A stretch of DNA of 64,000 bases from Dialister sp. (GCF_047832375.1 NZ_CP181256.1:2235750-2299749); one strand, 5' to 3'. Positions 7,828 through 17,659 are shown, counted from the first letter of the stretch. The notes: generated from the sequence alone by a model not told the origin. A program made the numbers and translations.

Positions 7828-8971
7828 TCAATGGGATTCTTCCAGATGCGCTTCGGATGCTTCCCGAGCCTGGTATTTTTTCCTTACGCTTTCAAAGCGG
7901 AGGCAGAAGACGATGGCAATGGCCGCCAGATACAGGAAGAAGGCACCGATTTCCTGCATAATGTCACTGAACCCGGCTCCCCTCATGATGATGTCCCGGA
8001 CGAAATGAAATTCCCAGGTGAGCGGGAAGAAATGGGACAGGATTTTCACCCATTCCGGAATGAAAATTAACGGTCCCGCCTGGCCGCCGAGGATGAAACC
8101 GCCGGGGATGAAAAGAATCATCCGACTCGAGGCAACTCCGGGGTTCACTGCAGTCCAGCCAAAGAGGATGCTCATCATGCCTACCCCCCCAGATATAAAA
8201 GAACTGGAGCCCCATGAAGAGGAGCATGTTTCCCGAGATCACCATGTCTCCCCATACCCGGAGGATGGCCATACCGAGAAGGAGTGCCGTGAACAGGCAT
8301 CCCATGTATGGCAGGATGCGGACCATGAGGTCAAAGGGAGAGCCCCTTTCCATGAGGTCCTCCCACTTATGCTCCAGTTTCAGTCGGGGTACCATGCCGA
8401 TGGTGGCGAAGGTAAAAAACATACTGGAAAAGAAGAAAAGGAACCCTTCGGTCTCCGCATTGCTCGTACTGCCGCTGGGGTTGAAAAGGAGCCTTGTGCT
8501 CACGGAAATGCCGCCGGACTGTCCTTTCTCTTCCGCCGCTTCTGCATTGATGGTGCCGGCCAGTTCATTCATGGCGGTCTGGATATCCGCCGTCAGAGCC
8601 ACATTGGTATAGTCGCAGTACAGTCCGATATTGACTGACTGCTCGGAATATACATCCCGCTCCAGGTCCTTCGGCAGGCAAATGACGGCATAGGCCTTGT
8701 CTTCATAGAAAAATTTCTGGGGATCCGAGGGTGTATAAATGACGGAGCTCACCTTCATGTGACGGGAAGAATTGATGGCCTCCACCATTTCCTGGCTGTA
8801 CCGGGAATGGTCCAGGTCCACCACCACCACATTCACATCCCGGGCATAGTTGTAGCCAAGGAAGACGGTGAAAAATACGGTAATCACCGAGGCCACCATG
8901 AGAGCCACTTTTTCATAGGGCATACCCCTGCCGGAAAAGAGGAAATGGATTTCATCGACCAGCGAATTCAT
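7828..8971 (-). pseudogene. ABC-2 type transporter permease, reading frame broken at a C7/G7 homopolymer
   Basis: ORF 7964..8971 reads ...LQFFYIWGG then goes out of frame. ORF 7828..8178 continues MMSILFGWTAVNPG... Removing one G in the tract at 8184-8190 joins them as ...FYIWGVGMMSILFGW... Confidence 0.8.
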
Positions 8972-10064
8972 GGCGGTCCACCTCGATTGTCATGCCCGGA
9001 ATGACACCGGGTACCCGGTCTATATAGGTCCGGATCTGGAATGCCGTAAGGTCGGCGGAGCTTTTCTCCCGGGACATTTTGAAATCCGCAAATCCTGATG
9101 CCCGGGCAGCCAGCCGCACCGTACCGGGAACTTTGATATTGCCTGCCACCGTGTGCCCTGTGAGCCGGTCCCCTTCCTTCAGGTTTCCCTTTTCCTGCTC
9201 ATTGATATAAATATCGTAATAGTACCGGTCACTTTCCAGAAGGATCACCGGTGTATTGGCGGACACCATTTCCCCTTCCTTCGCAATGACCTTCAGGATC
9301 TTGCCCCCTTCCGGCGCCCGTAAGATGAGACGGCCCCGGTTCACTTTCTGCTGGGCCAGCTGCACTTCCAGCTGCTTTTTCTGCTGTTTCAGGGATTCCA
9401 GGTCATTGGCTTTGTTATCGGCGCTCTGCCGTTCCTGGCTGATGGAGGGAAGTGCAATGTCTTCGGTACTGTCCTGGTCCTGTGCCCCGCCCAGGAGTTT
9501 ATTCAGGAGTTCTTTCTGGGACCGTACGTCCGCTTCCGCCACCCGGAGCTGGGCGGTGACGTTATCCATTTCCATTTTAGAAATGGCGCCGGCATCCATG
9601 AGCTGTGCCATACGGTTGTAGTCGGACAGCTTATTTTCATAGGAAGCCTGGGAGGACGCAATGACCGCCTTCTGCTGGTCAATCTGCCGATGGGTTTCCA
9701 CTTCGTCGGTGTCCGCCTTCTGGTACGCCACATCAATGGTGCCGGAGAGGGAATCGATTTCCGCATCCATCTGGGCGATCTGGGCTTCCAGCCGCTGGAT
9801 GGCAAGGTCCGTATCGGTGCTGTCCATGACCATGAGGATATCCCCTTTGTTCACGTGGTCCCCTTCCTTCACGTTTTCCTTGAGAAGCCGGCCATTGACG
9901 GAATCAAAGGACACCCGGACCTGTTCCGCCGTCACAATGCCGTCCCTCTTTTCCTTGGCCATGGCCACTGCGTCGTGGCCTTTATACAGAAGGGCCAATC
10001 CGCATACAATGATGAGTCCCAGAAACAACAGGCCGATTTTCACCGGTTTACTATGAATATCCAT
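8952..10064 (-). CDS. HlyD-family membrane fusion / secretion protein
   Basis: 370 aa with N-terminal TM helix, long coiled-coil (QLEVQLAQQK...) and lipoyl/beta-barrel-like flanks. Overlaps the downstream ABC-2 permease start by 20 nt. Confidence 0.85.
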   Translation of the reverse strand: MDIHSKPVKIGLLFLGLIIVCGLALLYKGHDAVAMAKEKRDGIVTAEQVRVSFDSVNGRLLKENVKEGDHVNKGDILMVMDSTDTDLAIQRLEAQIAQMDAEIDSLSGTIDVAYQKADTDEVETHRQIDQQKAVIASSQASYENKLSDYNRMAQLMDAGAISKMEMDNVTAQLRVAEADVRSQKELLNKLLGGAQDQDSTEDIALPSISQERQSADNKANDLESLKQQKKQLEVQLAQQKVNRGRLILRAPEGGKILKVIAKEGEMVSANTPVILLESDRYYYDIYINEQEKGNLKEGDRLTGHTVAGNIKVPGTVRLAARASGFADFKMSREKSSADLTAFQIRTYIDRVPGVIPGMTIEVDRHEFAGR

Positions 10065-10149
10065 GAATTCCTCCAGATAATAAGTCGACTAACTATATAG
10101 GTATACCCATACGGGATGCCTCCAATGAGGTGAATAGAGGCAGTAAGCA

Positions 10150-10308
10150 GGAAAGGGCACTGACCTTCGGCCATGGCTCTGCCTGCAGCATGGCTGCGGC
10201 CTGGCTAAGGCTTCCTCCTGGACACAAGGAAGGAAAATATATAATTCGCAGTGCTTCTAAATTATGTGCGCCGCACATCCATTCCTGATTTCCCATTCCT
10301 GATTTCTC
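10150..10308. repeat. Family C repeat, copy C1 (core GGAAGGAAAATATATAATTCGC...), followed by a tandem 14-mer
   Basis: The core at ~10228-10280 matches 14936-14987. The flanking module GGAAAGGGCACTGACCTTCGGCCATGGCTCTGCC is the inverted counterpart of 15003-15050. ATTCCTGATTTC is repeated twice at 10281-10308. Confidence 0.75.
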
Positions 10309-10351
10309 ATTTTTTCGCACCGCCGCTTCAGCCTCCGCCGAAGGCCGCTGC

Positions 10352-10858
10352 TCACTCCGGTGCCACCAGCTTCTGCAGCAGCCGGACCAGTTCTTTTTTC
10401 TCCGAATCATCCAGTTTTCCGATGACCAGGGAAATCCGCCGGTAATGGGCCGGCAGGATCCGGTCCATCTCTTTCCTGCCCTTTTCGGTGAGGAAAATCT
10501 TCCGGCTTCTCCCGTCTTCCTCATCCACCGCCTTTTCCACCTGCCCGTCCCGTTCCATCCGGGCCAGCATGACGGAAATGGTGGCTTTCGTCACTCCCGC
10601 CGACTTTGCCAGGTCCGACGGCGTCATGCCCTCTTTGTGCTGGTGAAGGATAATCATGACACAGAGCTTTCCCTGGGACATGTGGTATTTCCGCTCCAGG
10701 ATACCGTCGGTGCGGTCCCGGATTTCCTCAGCCGCCTGCATGACGGTGAGCATGGTAATCACATCATCCGCCCGGATTTCCGGAATCATGCGGGCATGGC
10801 TTTCCAGTTCTTCTTTTGTGGGGAATATAAAGTTTTTATACATATGATGACCCCCCAT
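10352..10858 (-). CDS. MarR family transcriptional regulator
   Basis: 168 aa with winged-HTH region MTPSDLAKSAGVTKATISVMLARMERDGQVEK. The true start may be the internal MYKNF (10843). Confidence 0.9.
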   Translation of the reverse strand: MGGHHMYKNFIFPTKEELESHARMIPEIRADDVITMLTVMQAAEEIRDRTDGILERKYHMSQGKLCVMIILHQHKEGMTPSDLAKSAGVTKATISVMLARMERDGQVEKAVDEEDGRSRKIFLTEKGRKEMDRILPAHYRRISLVIGKLDDSEKKELVRLLQKLVAPE

Positions 10859-10935
10859 TGCAGATATTAATTAGCAAGCTAACCAAATGGTAACCGTTCC
10901 TCCCCCTTTTAGTCAAAGCCGAAAATGAAGGAATA

Positions 10936-11182
10936 GGACTATTGCGGTTTATCGAGCTGATGGGGTGTACTGATGGATAGAGTCAAACCCGTGAGGGCTT
11001 CCAGCTGGCAGCCAGGAAAGCTCTACAGCCTGCGGCACGAATGACTGGCGGAAATATCGGATAGGAACCGCCGCAGGCGGGCCAGCTTTCCTGGCAGCTA
11101 ACAGCTGGAAGCCAGCAGCCCCGTGCTGGTGACTCTGCCCATAAGCATGCTAAACGCCAGCCCCATGAGCTCACTGAAATTG
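10936..11182. repeat. Family A repeat copy A3 (full, centre forward)
   Basis: GGACTATTGCGGTTTATCGAGCTG ... CAGCCTGCGGCACGAATGACTGGCGG...CGCCGCAGGCGGG ... GAGCTCACTGAAATTGG. Lies in the divergent spacer between marR and the amidohydrolase gene. Confidence 0.9.
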
Positions 11183-11399
11183 GCTGCTCCCCACAGGAGC
11201 ATGAAAACAATTTACAAATATTTTGCAAAATGCCTATTGCATATATATTCGTAAAGTTGTATTATTATTTCAACAAATTTCATACCTGCTTTTTTATTAC
11301 CCAATTTTATAGGGAATTATGCATATTTCAAGTTTACATGATGCATATTTATTCAATCTTATGAGCAGGAATATCCATGAAGGAAAAGAGGTCGTCCCA

Positions 11400-12578
11400 A
11401 TGATGTATGAAAATCAGATTAAAGAAAAGGTCACACACATTCTGCCGAAGGTGGTGGCCTGGAGGCGACATTTCCATGAATATCCTGAGCTCTCGGGACA
11501 GGAAGTAAAGACTTCCGAATATATACAGCAGGTTTTCCAAGAACTGGGAATCCCCTACGAGACCGGATTTTTCCAGAATGCCGTGCTCGGCACCATCAAA
11601 GGAAAGTATCCCGGAAAGACGGTAGCCCTCCGGGCAGATATGGATGCCCTGCCGGTGACGGAACTCACCGGTCTCCCCTTTGCTTCTAAAAATAAAGGCG
11701 TCATGCACGCCTGCGGCCACGATGGCCACATGTCCATTCTTCTGGGCGCTGCAACGGTATTGAATGAATTGAAGGACCAGCTCCATGGCACCGTCAAAAT
11801 CGTTTTCCAGCCGGCAGAAGAGGAGGCAGCCATCGGCGGCGGCCGTCACATTGCGGCCAGCGGGAAACTGGATGATGTGTCTGAAATCTACGGGCTCCAT
11901 GTATGGCCGGAGCTCCCCACCGGCATGGTGGGACTGAAACCCGGCGCCCTCATGGCTGCTTCTGACCGCTTCTATGTCCACATCAAAGGAAAATCCACCC
12001 ATGCCGCCCAGCCCCATAACGGCACCGATGCCCTGGTGGCGGCGGCCCACTTCATCATCGATGTGCAGTCCCTGATTTCCCGGGAAATGAACCCCATGGA
12101 TAATGTGGTCTGCACCATCGGTCTTATGAATGCCGGCACCCGGTATAACGTGGGCGTAGAAGATGCGTACCTGGAGGGGACCTGCCGTACCTACCGGCCA
12201 AAGCTCCGGGACAAAATGGAAAAAAGACTGGGCGAAATCCTGCAGGGACTGGATGTCATGTTCCATACCCACTCCAAACTGAACTACGTCAGAGGCCATA
12301 GCGCTACCATCAATACACCGGAGAAAATTGCATTTCTCCAGGACGTAGGCAAGGCCTACCTGGGCAGTGAACATATCTGCCAGCCTGAATTCCCGTCCAT
12401 GTGTGCAGAAGATTTTTCCTCATACCTGGAGAAATTCCCCGGCGCCTTTCTGTGGCTGGGTACGGGAGACGGAAATACGCCGGCCCTTCACAATGCATCC
12501 TTCGCTATCAACGAATCCATTCTTCCCCTGGGGGTAACCATGGAAGCTGCCGCTGCCATGGAGGCCCTGGCGCGATGA
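11400..12578 (+). CDS. M20-family amidohydrolase (N-acyl-L-amino acid amidohydrolase / hippurate hydrolase-like)
   Basis: HACGHDGH metal-binding motif and FQPAEE. Length ~392 aa from the MMYENQIKEKV start, which sits behind a GGAAAAGAGG RBS (track start 11319). Confidence 0.85.
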   Translation: MMYENQIKEKVTHILPKVVAWRRHFHEYPELSGQEVKTSEYIQQVFQELGIPYETGFFQNAVLGTIKGKYPGKTVALRADMDALPVTELTGLPFASKNKGVMHACGHDGHMSILLGAATVLNELKDQLHGTVKIVFQPAEEEAAIGGGRHIAASGKLDDVSEIYGLHVWPELPTGMVGLKPGALMAASDRFYVHIKGKSTHAAQPHNGTDALVAAAHFIIDVQSLISREMNPMDNVVCTIGLMNAGTRYNVGVEDAYLEGTCRTYRPKLRDKMEKRLGEILQGLDVMFHTHSKLNYVRGHSATINTPEKIAFLQDVGKAYLGSEHICQPEFPSMCAEDFSSYLEKFPGAFLWLGTGDGNTPALHNASFAINESILPLGVTMEAAAAMEALAR

Positions 12579-12579
12579 A

Positions 12580-12850
12580 GTGATTCGGCGCTGATGGATA
12601 GAGCCATTTGAGCGAGAGCTTCTAGCTTCTAGCGGCTAGCTTTCAGGAAAGCTCTACAGCCTACGGCGCGAATGACTACGGAAACATCAGGTGGGAAGCG
12701 CCGCAGGCGGGTCAGTTTTTCTGGCTGCTAACAGCTAGAAGCTAGAAGCCCCGTGCGAGTGACTCCGCACGCAACCATGCTGACCACCAAGCTCCCGCAT
12801 AAATGACTCTATCCACCAGCGCCGTTCCCACAGCGCAACGCAATAATCCG
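12580..12850. repeat. Family A repeat copy A4 (left terminus degenerate, right box duplicated)
   Basis: Starts 2-7 nt after the amidohydrolase stop and ends ~60 nt before argF. CTAG heptads and forward centre are present. An extra AAATGACTCTATCCACCAGC box lies on the right. Confidence 0.85.
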
Positions 12851-12910
12851 AATCCGGCTTCCCGCCTTCCGGGCGGGAATTCCCATAGAATAACCATCAC
12901 GAGGTATATC

Positions 12911-13921
12911 ATGAAAAGCTTACTGAACCATTCCTTTCTGACCATGACCGACTATACACCGGAAGAATTTGCCTATTATCTGGATCTTGCCGAAAAGCTG
13001 AAACAGGACAAGAAATCCGGAAAAGAAATCAAGACCCTGACCGGCAAAAACTTTGCCCTCATCTTTGAAAAGGACTCCACCCGTACCCGCTGCGCCTTCG
13101 AAGTGGCTGCCCGGGACCAGGGCGCCTTTACCACCTATCTGGGACCTACGGGGAGCCAGATCGGCAAGAAAGAATCCATCGCCGATACCGCAAGGGTCCT
13201 GGGGTCCATGTTCGATGCCATCGAATTCCGGGGATTCGCCCAAAGCGCCGTGGAAGAGCTCTCCGCCAAGGCCGGCGTGCCCGTATGGAACGGTCTCACC
13301 GATTATGACCATCCTACCCAGACTTTGGCCAACTTCCTCACACTGAAGGAACATTTCAAAAAGCCTTTGAACCAGCTGTCTTTTGCTTATGTAGGCCATG
13401 GCCAGTCCAATATGGCCCACGCCCTCATGGCCGGCGCCGCCCTGTCCGGCATGGATTTCCGGATTATCGGACCGAAGCAGTTCTTCCCGGAAGATGATTT
13501 CACCGCCAAATGCAAGAAGATTGCGGAAAAGACGGGAGCCACCTTCACCTTCACCGATGACCCGGTGGAAGGGGTGAAGGGGCTCGATGTCATTTACACC
13601 GGTGTCTGGGTCACCATGGGAGATCCCTACGAATTATGGGGCGAACGGATCAAGCTTTTCCTGCCCTACCGCATCACCATGGATATGATTAAAAATACGG
13701 GAAATCCGGACACCGTATTCTGCCACTGCCTCCCTTCTTTCCATAACACGGAAACGAAAGTGGGGAAAGATATTTACGAACGGTTTGGCCTTGATGGCAT
13801 CGAAGTGACGGATGATGTATTTGAAGCCCCCTGCTCCCTGGCCTTCCAGGAAGCAGCGAACCGGCTTCCCACCATCAAAGCGGTCATGGTAGCCACCTTC
13901 GGTGACTATCCCTTAGATTGA
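12911..13921 (+). CDS. argF: ornithine carbamoyltransferase
   Basis: [13 protein letters not shown] and HCLPSFH motifs. Start at MKSLLNHSF behind a GAGG RBS (track start 12803 lies inside repeat A4). Arg-biosynthesis neighbours. Confidence 0.9.
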   Translation: MKSLLNHSFLTMTDYTPEEFAYYLDLAEKLKQDKKSGKEIKTLTGKNFALIFEKDSTRTRCAFEVAARDQGAFTTYLGPTGSQIGKKESIADTARVLGSMFDAIEFRGFAQSAVEELSAKAGVPVWNGLTDYDHPTQTLANFLTLKEHFKKPLNQLSFAYVGHGQSNMAHALMAGAALSGMDFRIIGPKQFFPEDDFTAKCKKIAEKTGATFTFTDDPVEGVKGLDVIYTGVWVTMGDPYELWGERIKLFLPYRITMDMIKNTGNPDTVFCHCLPSFHNTETKVGKDIYERFGLDGIEVTDDVFEAPCSLAFQEAANRLPTIKAVMVATFGDYPLD

Positions 13922-13942
13922 AAATGGAAGGAGAGACCTCAT

Positions 13943-14914
13943 ATGTCTACAGCACTGCCGAAAGTTTTCATTGTTGGTGAATCCGGTACCACCGGCCTTC
14001 GTCTCCATGACCGTCTTTCCTCCCGCAAAGATATAGAACTCCTTTCCCTTCCCGAAGAGAAGAGAAAAGATATCCCCACCATCAAAGCATTTGCAGAAAA
14101 GGCGGATCTCATGTTCCTCTGCCTTCCCGATGCGGCGTCCAAAGAAATCGTGGAGGCCGTGAAGGATACGGACATCCGGATTCTCGATACCTCCACCGCC
14201 CACCGCACCGCCGACGACTGGGTTTACGGATTTCCTGAACTTTCTGAAACCCAGAAGAAAGCCATCGCCTCCGCAAAGAAAGTAGCGGTCCCCGGCTGCC
14301 ATGCCAGCGGCGTCATTTCCATCCTTTATCCCCTGGTCCACGCAGGGATTCTCCCCATCAACTACCCCCTCCACTGCTTCTCCCTCACCGGTTACAGCGG
14401 CGGCGGCAAGAAGATGATCAGCCAATATGAAAAGGGCGGAGACAGCGCCCTCCTCGCTCCCCGGCAGTATGGCCTTTCCCAAAACCACAAGCACCTGCCG
14501 GAAATCATGAAGGTCTGCAAGCTCTGCGAGACTCCCCTCTTTTCCCCCATTGTAGATAACTACTACGAAGGCATGGAAGTCACCATCGGCTTCCACACCC
14601 ACTTCCTCCAGCTCCCCTGCGGGCTCCCCGGCGATATCGATACCGATGATTTCCACATGATCTATGAAAAGCACTATAAAGGGTCCAAGCTCATCCAGGT
14701 GAGCCCCCTGTCCCTTACGGAAACGAACGGCCTCTTCCTTGCGGCTAATGAAAATGCAGGAAAAGACAGCATGACCCTCTATATCGCAGGAAACGATGAA
14801 CGGGTACTGGTGATTTCTTCCTTCGACAACCTGGGCAAAGGCGCGTCCGGCGCCGCCATCCAGTGCATGAACCTTATGCTGGGCCTGCCGGAAGAAACGG
14901 GATTGGTACTGTAA
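13943..14914 (+). CDS. argC: N-acetyl-gamma-glutamyl-phosphate reductase (short type-2 form)
   Basis: 323 aa. N-terminal GESGTTG Rossmann motif and catalytic PGCHASG. Follows argF by 21 nt with a GGAAGGAGAG RBS. Confidence 0.9.
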   Translation: MSTALPKVFIVGESGTTGLRLHDRLSSRKDIELLSLPEEKRKDIPTIKAFAEKADLMFLCLPDAASKEIVEAVKDTDIRILDTSTAHRTADDWVYGFPELSETQKKAIASAKKVAVPGCHASGVISILYPLVHAGILPINYPLHCFSLTGYSGGGKKMISQYEKGGDSALLAPRQYGLSQNHKHLPEIMKVCKLCETPLFSPIVDNYYEGMEVTIGFHTHFLQLPCGLPGDIDTDDFHMIYEKHYKGSKLIQVSPLSLTETNGLFLAANENAGKDSMTLYIAGNDERVLVISSFDNLGKGASGAAIQCMNLMLGLPEETGLVL

Positions 14915-14915
14915 T

Positions 14916-15051
14916 GGGCTTCGCCTGGGCTTAGGGAAGGAAAATATATAATTCGCGGCGCTTTAATTCTTTGCGCACCGCACCTCCAGCCTTGCCATCA
15001 GGCAGAGCCATGCCACGCATAGCCCCGGCCAAAGGCCGCTGCCCTTTCCCC
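14916..15051. repeat. Family C repeat, copy C2, filling the argC-argB spacer
   Basis: GGAAGGAAAATATATAATTCGCGGCGCTTTAATTCTTTGCGCACCGCACCTCC core, plus the CAGGCAGAGCCATGCC...GGCCGCTGCCCTTTCCCC module that is also seen at 7300-7350 and inverted at 10150-10185. Confidence 0.75.
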
Positions 15052-15068
15052 ATACAAGGAGGTAACTT

Positions 15069-15923
15069 ATGAACGCATCCAATGCGGTACGGGCCGAGAT
15101 ACTGACACAGGCCGTACCTTACATCAAAGAATATACAGGTAAATACGTAGTCGCCAAGTACGGCGGAAATGCCATGACCGATCCGGCCCTGAAAAAGTCG
15201 GTAATGCAGGATATCCTCCTGCTCTCCCTGGTGGGGGTGAAGGTCATCCTCGTCCATGGCGGGGGACCGGAAATCAGCGCCATGCTGAAACGGCTCTCCA
15301 TAGAATCCCATTTTGAAAACGGTCTCCGTGTCACCGATGATGCCACCATGGAAGTGGTGCAGATGGTACTGGCAGGCAAGGTCAATAAAAGCCTGGCCGC
15401 CGACCTCACCGCTCTGGGCGGCAAGGCCGTAGGCCTCTGCGGTATCGACGGCGGCCTCATCAAAGTCCATAAAAAAGACGAAAAACTGGGGCAGGTCGGA
15501 GAAATCGACAGCATCAACAAAAAAATTCTGGATGACCTCCTGGACGGCGGTTTTATCCCCGTCATTTCCTCCATCGGCATTGATGAGGAAGGGAATGCCT
15601 ATAATATCAATGCCGACACAGCGGCCGCCAAAATTGCCGCAGCCATCCATGCGGAATCCATGGTGGTCATGAGCAATATCAACGGGGTCCTCAAGAATAA
15701 GGAAGATCCGGATTCTCTCATCAAAAAAATCACCCTCCCCGATGCGGAGGCCCTGAAACAGGATGGCACCATCGCCGGCGGCATGATCCCCAAAGTGGAC
15801 TGCTGCACCAATGCCGTGAAAGAGGGAGTCAAAAAGGTTTTCATTATTAACGGAGAAATTCCCCACGCCATCCTCATCGAGCTTCTCACCGACGAAGGCC
15901 TGGGAACCATGTTTACGAAGTAA
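15069..15923 (+). CDS. argB: acetylglutamate kinase
   Basis: 284 aa with VVAKYGGNAM and LVHGGGPEI motifs. Confidence 0.95.
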   Translation: MNASNAVRAEILTQAVPYIKEYTGKYVVAKYGGNAMTDPALKKSVMQDILLLSLVGVKVILVHGGGPEISAMLKRLSIESHFENGLRVTDDATMEVVQMVLAGKVNKSLAADLTALGGKAVGLCGIDGGLIKVHKKDEKLGQVGEIDSINKKILDDLLDGGFIPVISSIGIDEEGNAYNINADTAAAKIAAAIHAESMVVMSNINGVLKNKEDPDSLIKKITLPDAEALKQDGTIAGGMIPKVDCCTNAVKEGVKKVFIINGEIPHAILIELLTDEGLGTMFTK

Positions 15924-15928
15924 TGCAG

Positions 15929-16146
15929 CCGATTGCAGGTGACTGTTGATTTTCGACGCGAAGGGATAGAGACACTGGCATGGGGCTTCCCGCTGTTAGC
16001 AACCAGGAACGCCGGTCCGCCTGCGGCGCTGCCCATCTGATACTCCCGCCAGTCATTCATGCCGCAGGCTGTAGTGCTTTCCTGGAAGTCAGGAGACAGA
16101 AGCCCTCACGCGTTTGACTCTACCCACCAGCCCAACGCAATCGTCC
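15929..16146. repeat. Family A repeat copy A5 (diverged, centre reversed) filling the argB-argD spacer
   Basis: GGGATAGAGACACTGGCATGGGG ... GGTCCGCCTGCGGCGC...CAGTCATTCATGCCGCAGGCTG ... CGTTTGACTCTACCCACCAGC. CTAG heptads are largely eroded. Confidence 0.8.
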
Positions 16147-16169
16147 GATTTTCTCAAAGGAGCCAATCT

Positions 16170-17336
16170 ATGAATACAGAAGAAAAAGATGCAGCCTATA
16201 TTGCCCATACCTATTCCAGATACCCCGTGTGCTTTGTCAAAGGGAAAGGATCCCACCTGACCGATGAAAAGGGGAAAGATTACATCGATATGGGAAGCGG
16301 TATCGGCGTCGATATTTTCGGTATTGCCGATGAACAGTGGATGGATGCCGTCACGAAGCAGCTCCATACCCTGAACCATGTTTCCAACCTGTTCTACACA
16401 AAGCCCATGGCGGACCTGGCCGAAATGATCTGCCAGAAAACGGGGATGGAAAAGGTCTTCTTCTCCAACTCCGGCGCCGAGGCCAATGAATGTGCCATCA
16501 AGGGAGCCCGGAAATATTCCATCAACAAATACAATAAGGACAGAAATGTCATTGTCACCCTGATCAACGGATTCCATGGCCGTACCATTACTACCCTCGC
16601 CGCCACGGGGCAGGATATTTTTCACAAGGATTTCTATCCCTTCACCGAAGGATTCCTTTACACCCCGGCCAATGACCTTCCGGCATTCATTAAGCTCTGC
16701 GAGGAAAATCCGAATATCTGCGCCGTCATGGTAGAGCCCATCCAGGGGGAAGGCGGCGTGCATCCCCTGACGAAGGAATTTTTCGAAGGCATCGGCCAAT
16801 ATGCCAAAGACCATGATATCCTCCTCATTGTGGATGAAGTACAGACAGGAAACGGCCGTACCGGCAAGCTCTACGGCTACATGAATTACGATGTGGAGCC
16901 GGATATCGTTTCCACGGCCAAGGGAATCGGCGGCGGTCTTCCCCTGGGCGCCACTTTCTTTAACCATAAAACTGCCGGCGTCTATACCCCCGGTACCCAC
17001 GGCTCCACCTTCGGCGGCAACCCCATTGCCTGCGCCGGCGCCCTGTCCATTCTTTCCCGCATCGATGATGATCTTCTCCAGGATGTGAAAGAAAAGGGAG
17101 CGTATATTAAAAAGGAACTGGCCGGTGCCAAAGGGGTAAAATCGGTGGCCGGCATGGGTCTCATGTGGGGCATTGAACCGGAAAAGGATGTAAATACCAT
17201 TGTCCCCAAGCTTCTGGAAAAGGGAGTGGTGGTGCTGACGGCCAAAGAAAAAATCCGTCTCCTCCCTGCCCTGAACATTCCCTGGGAAGACCTGGAAAAA
17301 GCGGTATCCATCATGAAAGAGGTACTGGCGGAATAA
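16170..17336 (+). CDS. argD: acetylornithine aminotransferase
   Basis: Class III PLP aminotransferase (SNSGAEANE, DEVQTGNGRTG, STFGGNP). Start at MNTEEKD behind an AAAGGAG RBS (track start 16059 lies in repeat A5). Confidence 0.9.
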   Translation: MNTEEKDAAYIAHTYSRYPVCFVKGKGSHLTDEKGKDYIDMGSGIGVDIFGIADEQWMDAVTKQLHTLNHVSNLFYTKPMADLAEMICQKTGMEKVFFSNSGAEANECAIKGARKYSINKYNKDRNVIVTLINGFHGRTITTLAATGQDIFHKDFYPFTEGFLYTPANDLPAFIKLCEENPNICAVMVEPIQGEGGVHPLTKEFFEGIGQYAKDHDILLIVDEVQTGNGRTGKLYGYMNYDVEPDIVSTAKGIGGGLPLGATFFNHKTAGVYTPGTHGSTFGGNPIACAGALSILSRIDDDLLQDVKEKGAYIKKELAGAKGVKSVAGMGLMWGIEPEKDVNTIVPKLLEKGVVVLTAKEKIRLLPALNIPWEDLEKAVSIMKEVLAE

Positions 17337-17340
17337 CAAA

Positions 17341-17604
17341 GCCAATTGCGGTTTGACGAGATGTTGGGGCGACGCTGGTGGATAGAGTCATTCGTGCGGA
17401 GCTTCTAGCTGTTAGCTGCTAGCTTCTAGGAAAGCTGGCCAGCCTACGGCACGAATGACTGACGGGAATACCGGGTGGAAGCGCCGCAGGCGGATCATCC
17501 TTCCTAGCTGCTAGCCGCTAACAGCTAGGAGCTCCATGCGAGTGACTCTATCCGCAAGCATGCCAACCGCCAAGCCCCAGCAGCTCGACAAGCTGAAATA
17601 TTCC
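17341..17604. repeat. Family A repeat copy A6 (full, centre forward)
   Basis: GCCAATTGCGGTTTGACGAG terminus 4 nt after the argD stop; right terminus CAGCTCGACAAGCTGAAATATTCC. Confidence 0.9.
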
Positions 17605-17623
17605 ACACTCCTGAAAAACCATC

Positions 17624-17653
17624 TTGACGACACCCCCTTTCCGGTGATATAGT
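17624..17653 (+). promoter_or_regulatory. candidate sigma-70 type promoter for the metQ leader
   Basis: TTGACG (17624-17629), 18-nt spacer, TGaTATAGT extended -10 (17645-17653). Confidence 0.45.
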
Positions 17654-17659
17654 ATTTCC

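Noticed and set aside
10983-11228. ORFs inside family A copies (for example 10983..11228, 12742..12945, 16059 upstream extension, 12803 upstream extension, 36125..36589, 42798..42992)
   Set aside because: They are embedded in repeat DNA or extend real genes upstream into repeats. Better starts with an RBS exist downstream, and the repeat arms carry stops in all frames.
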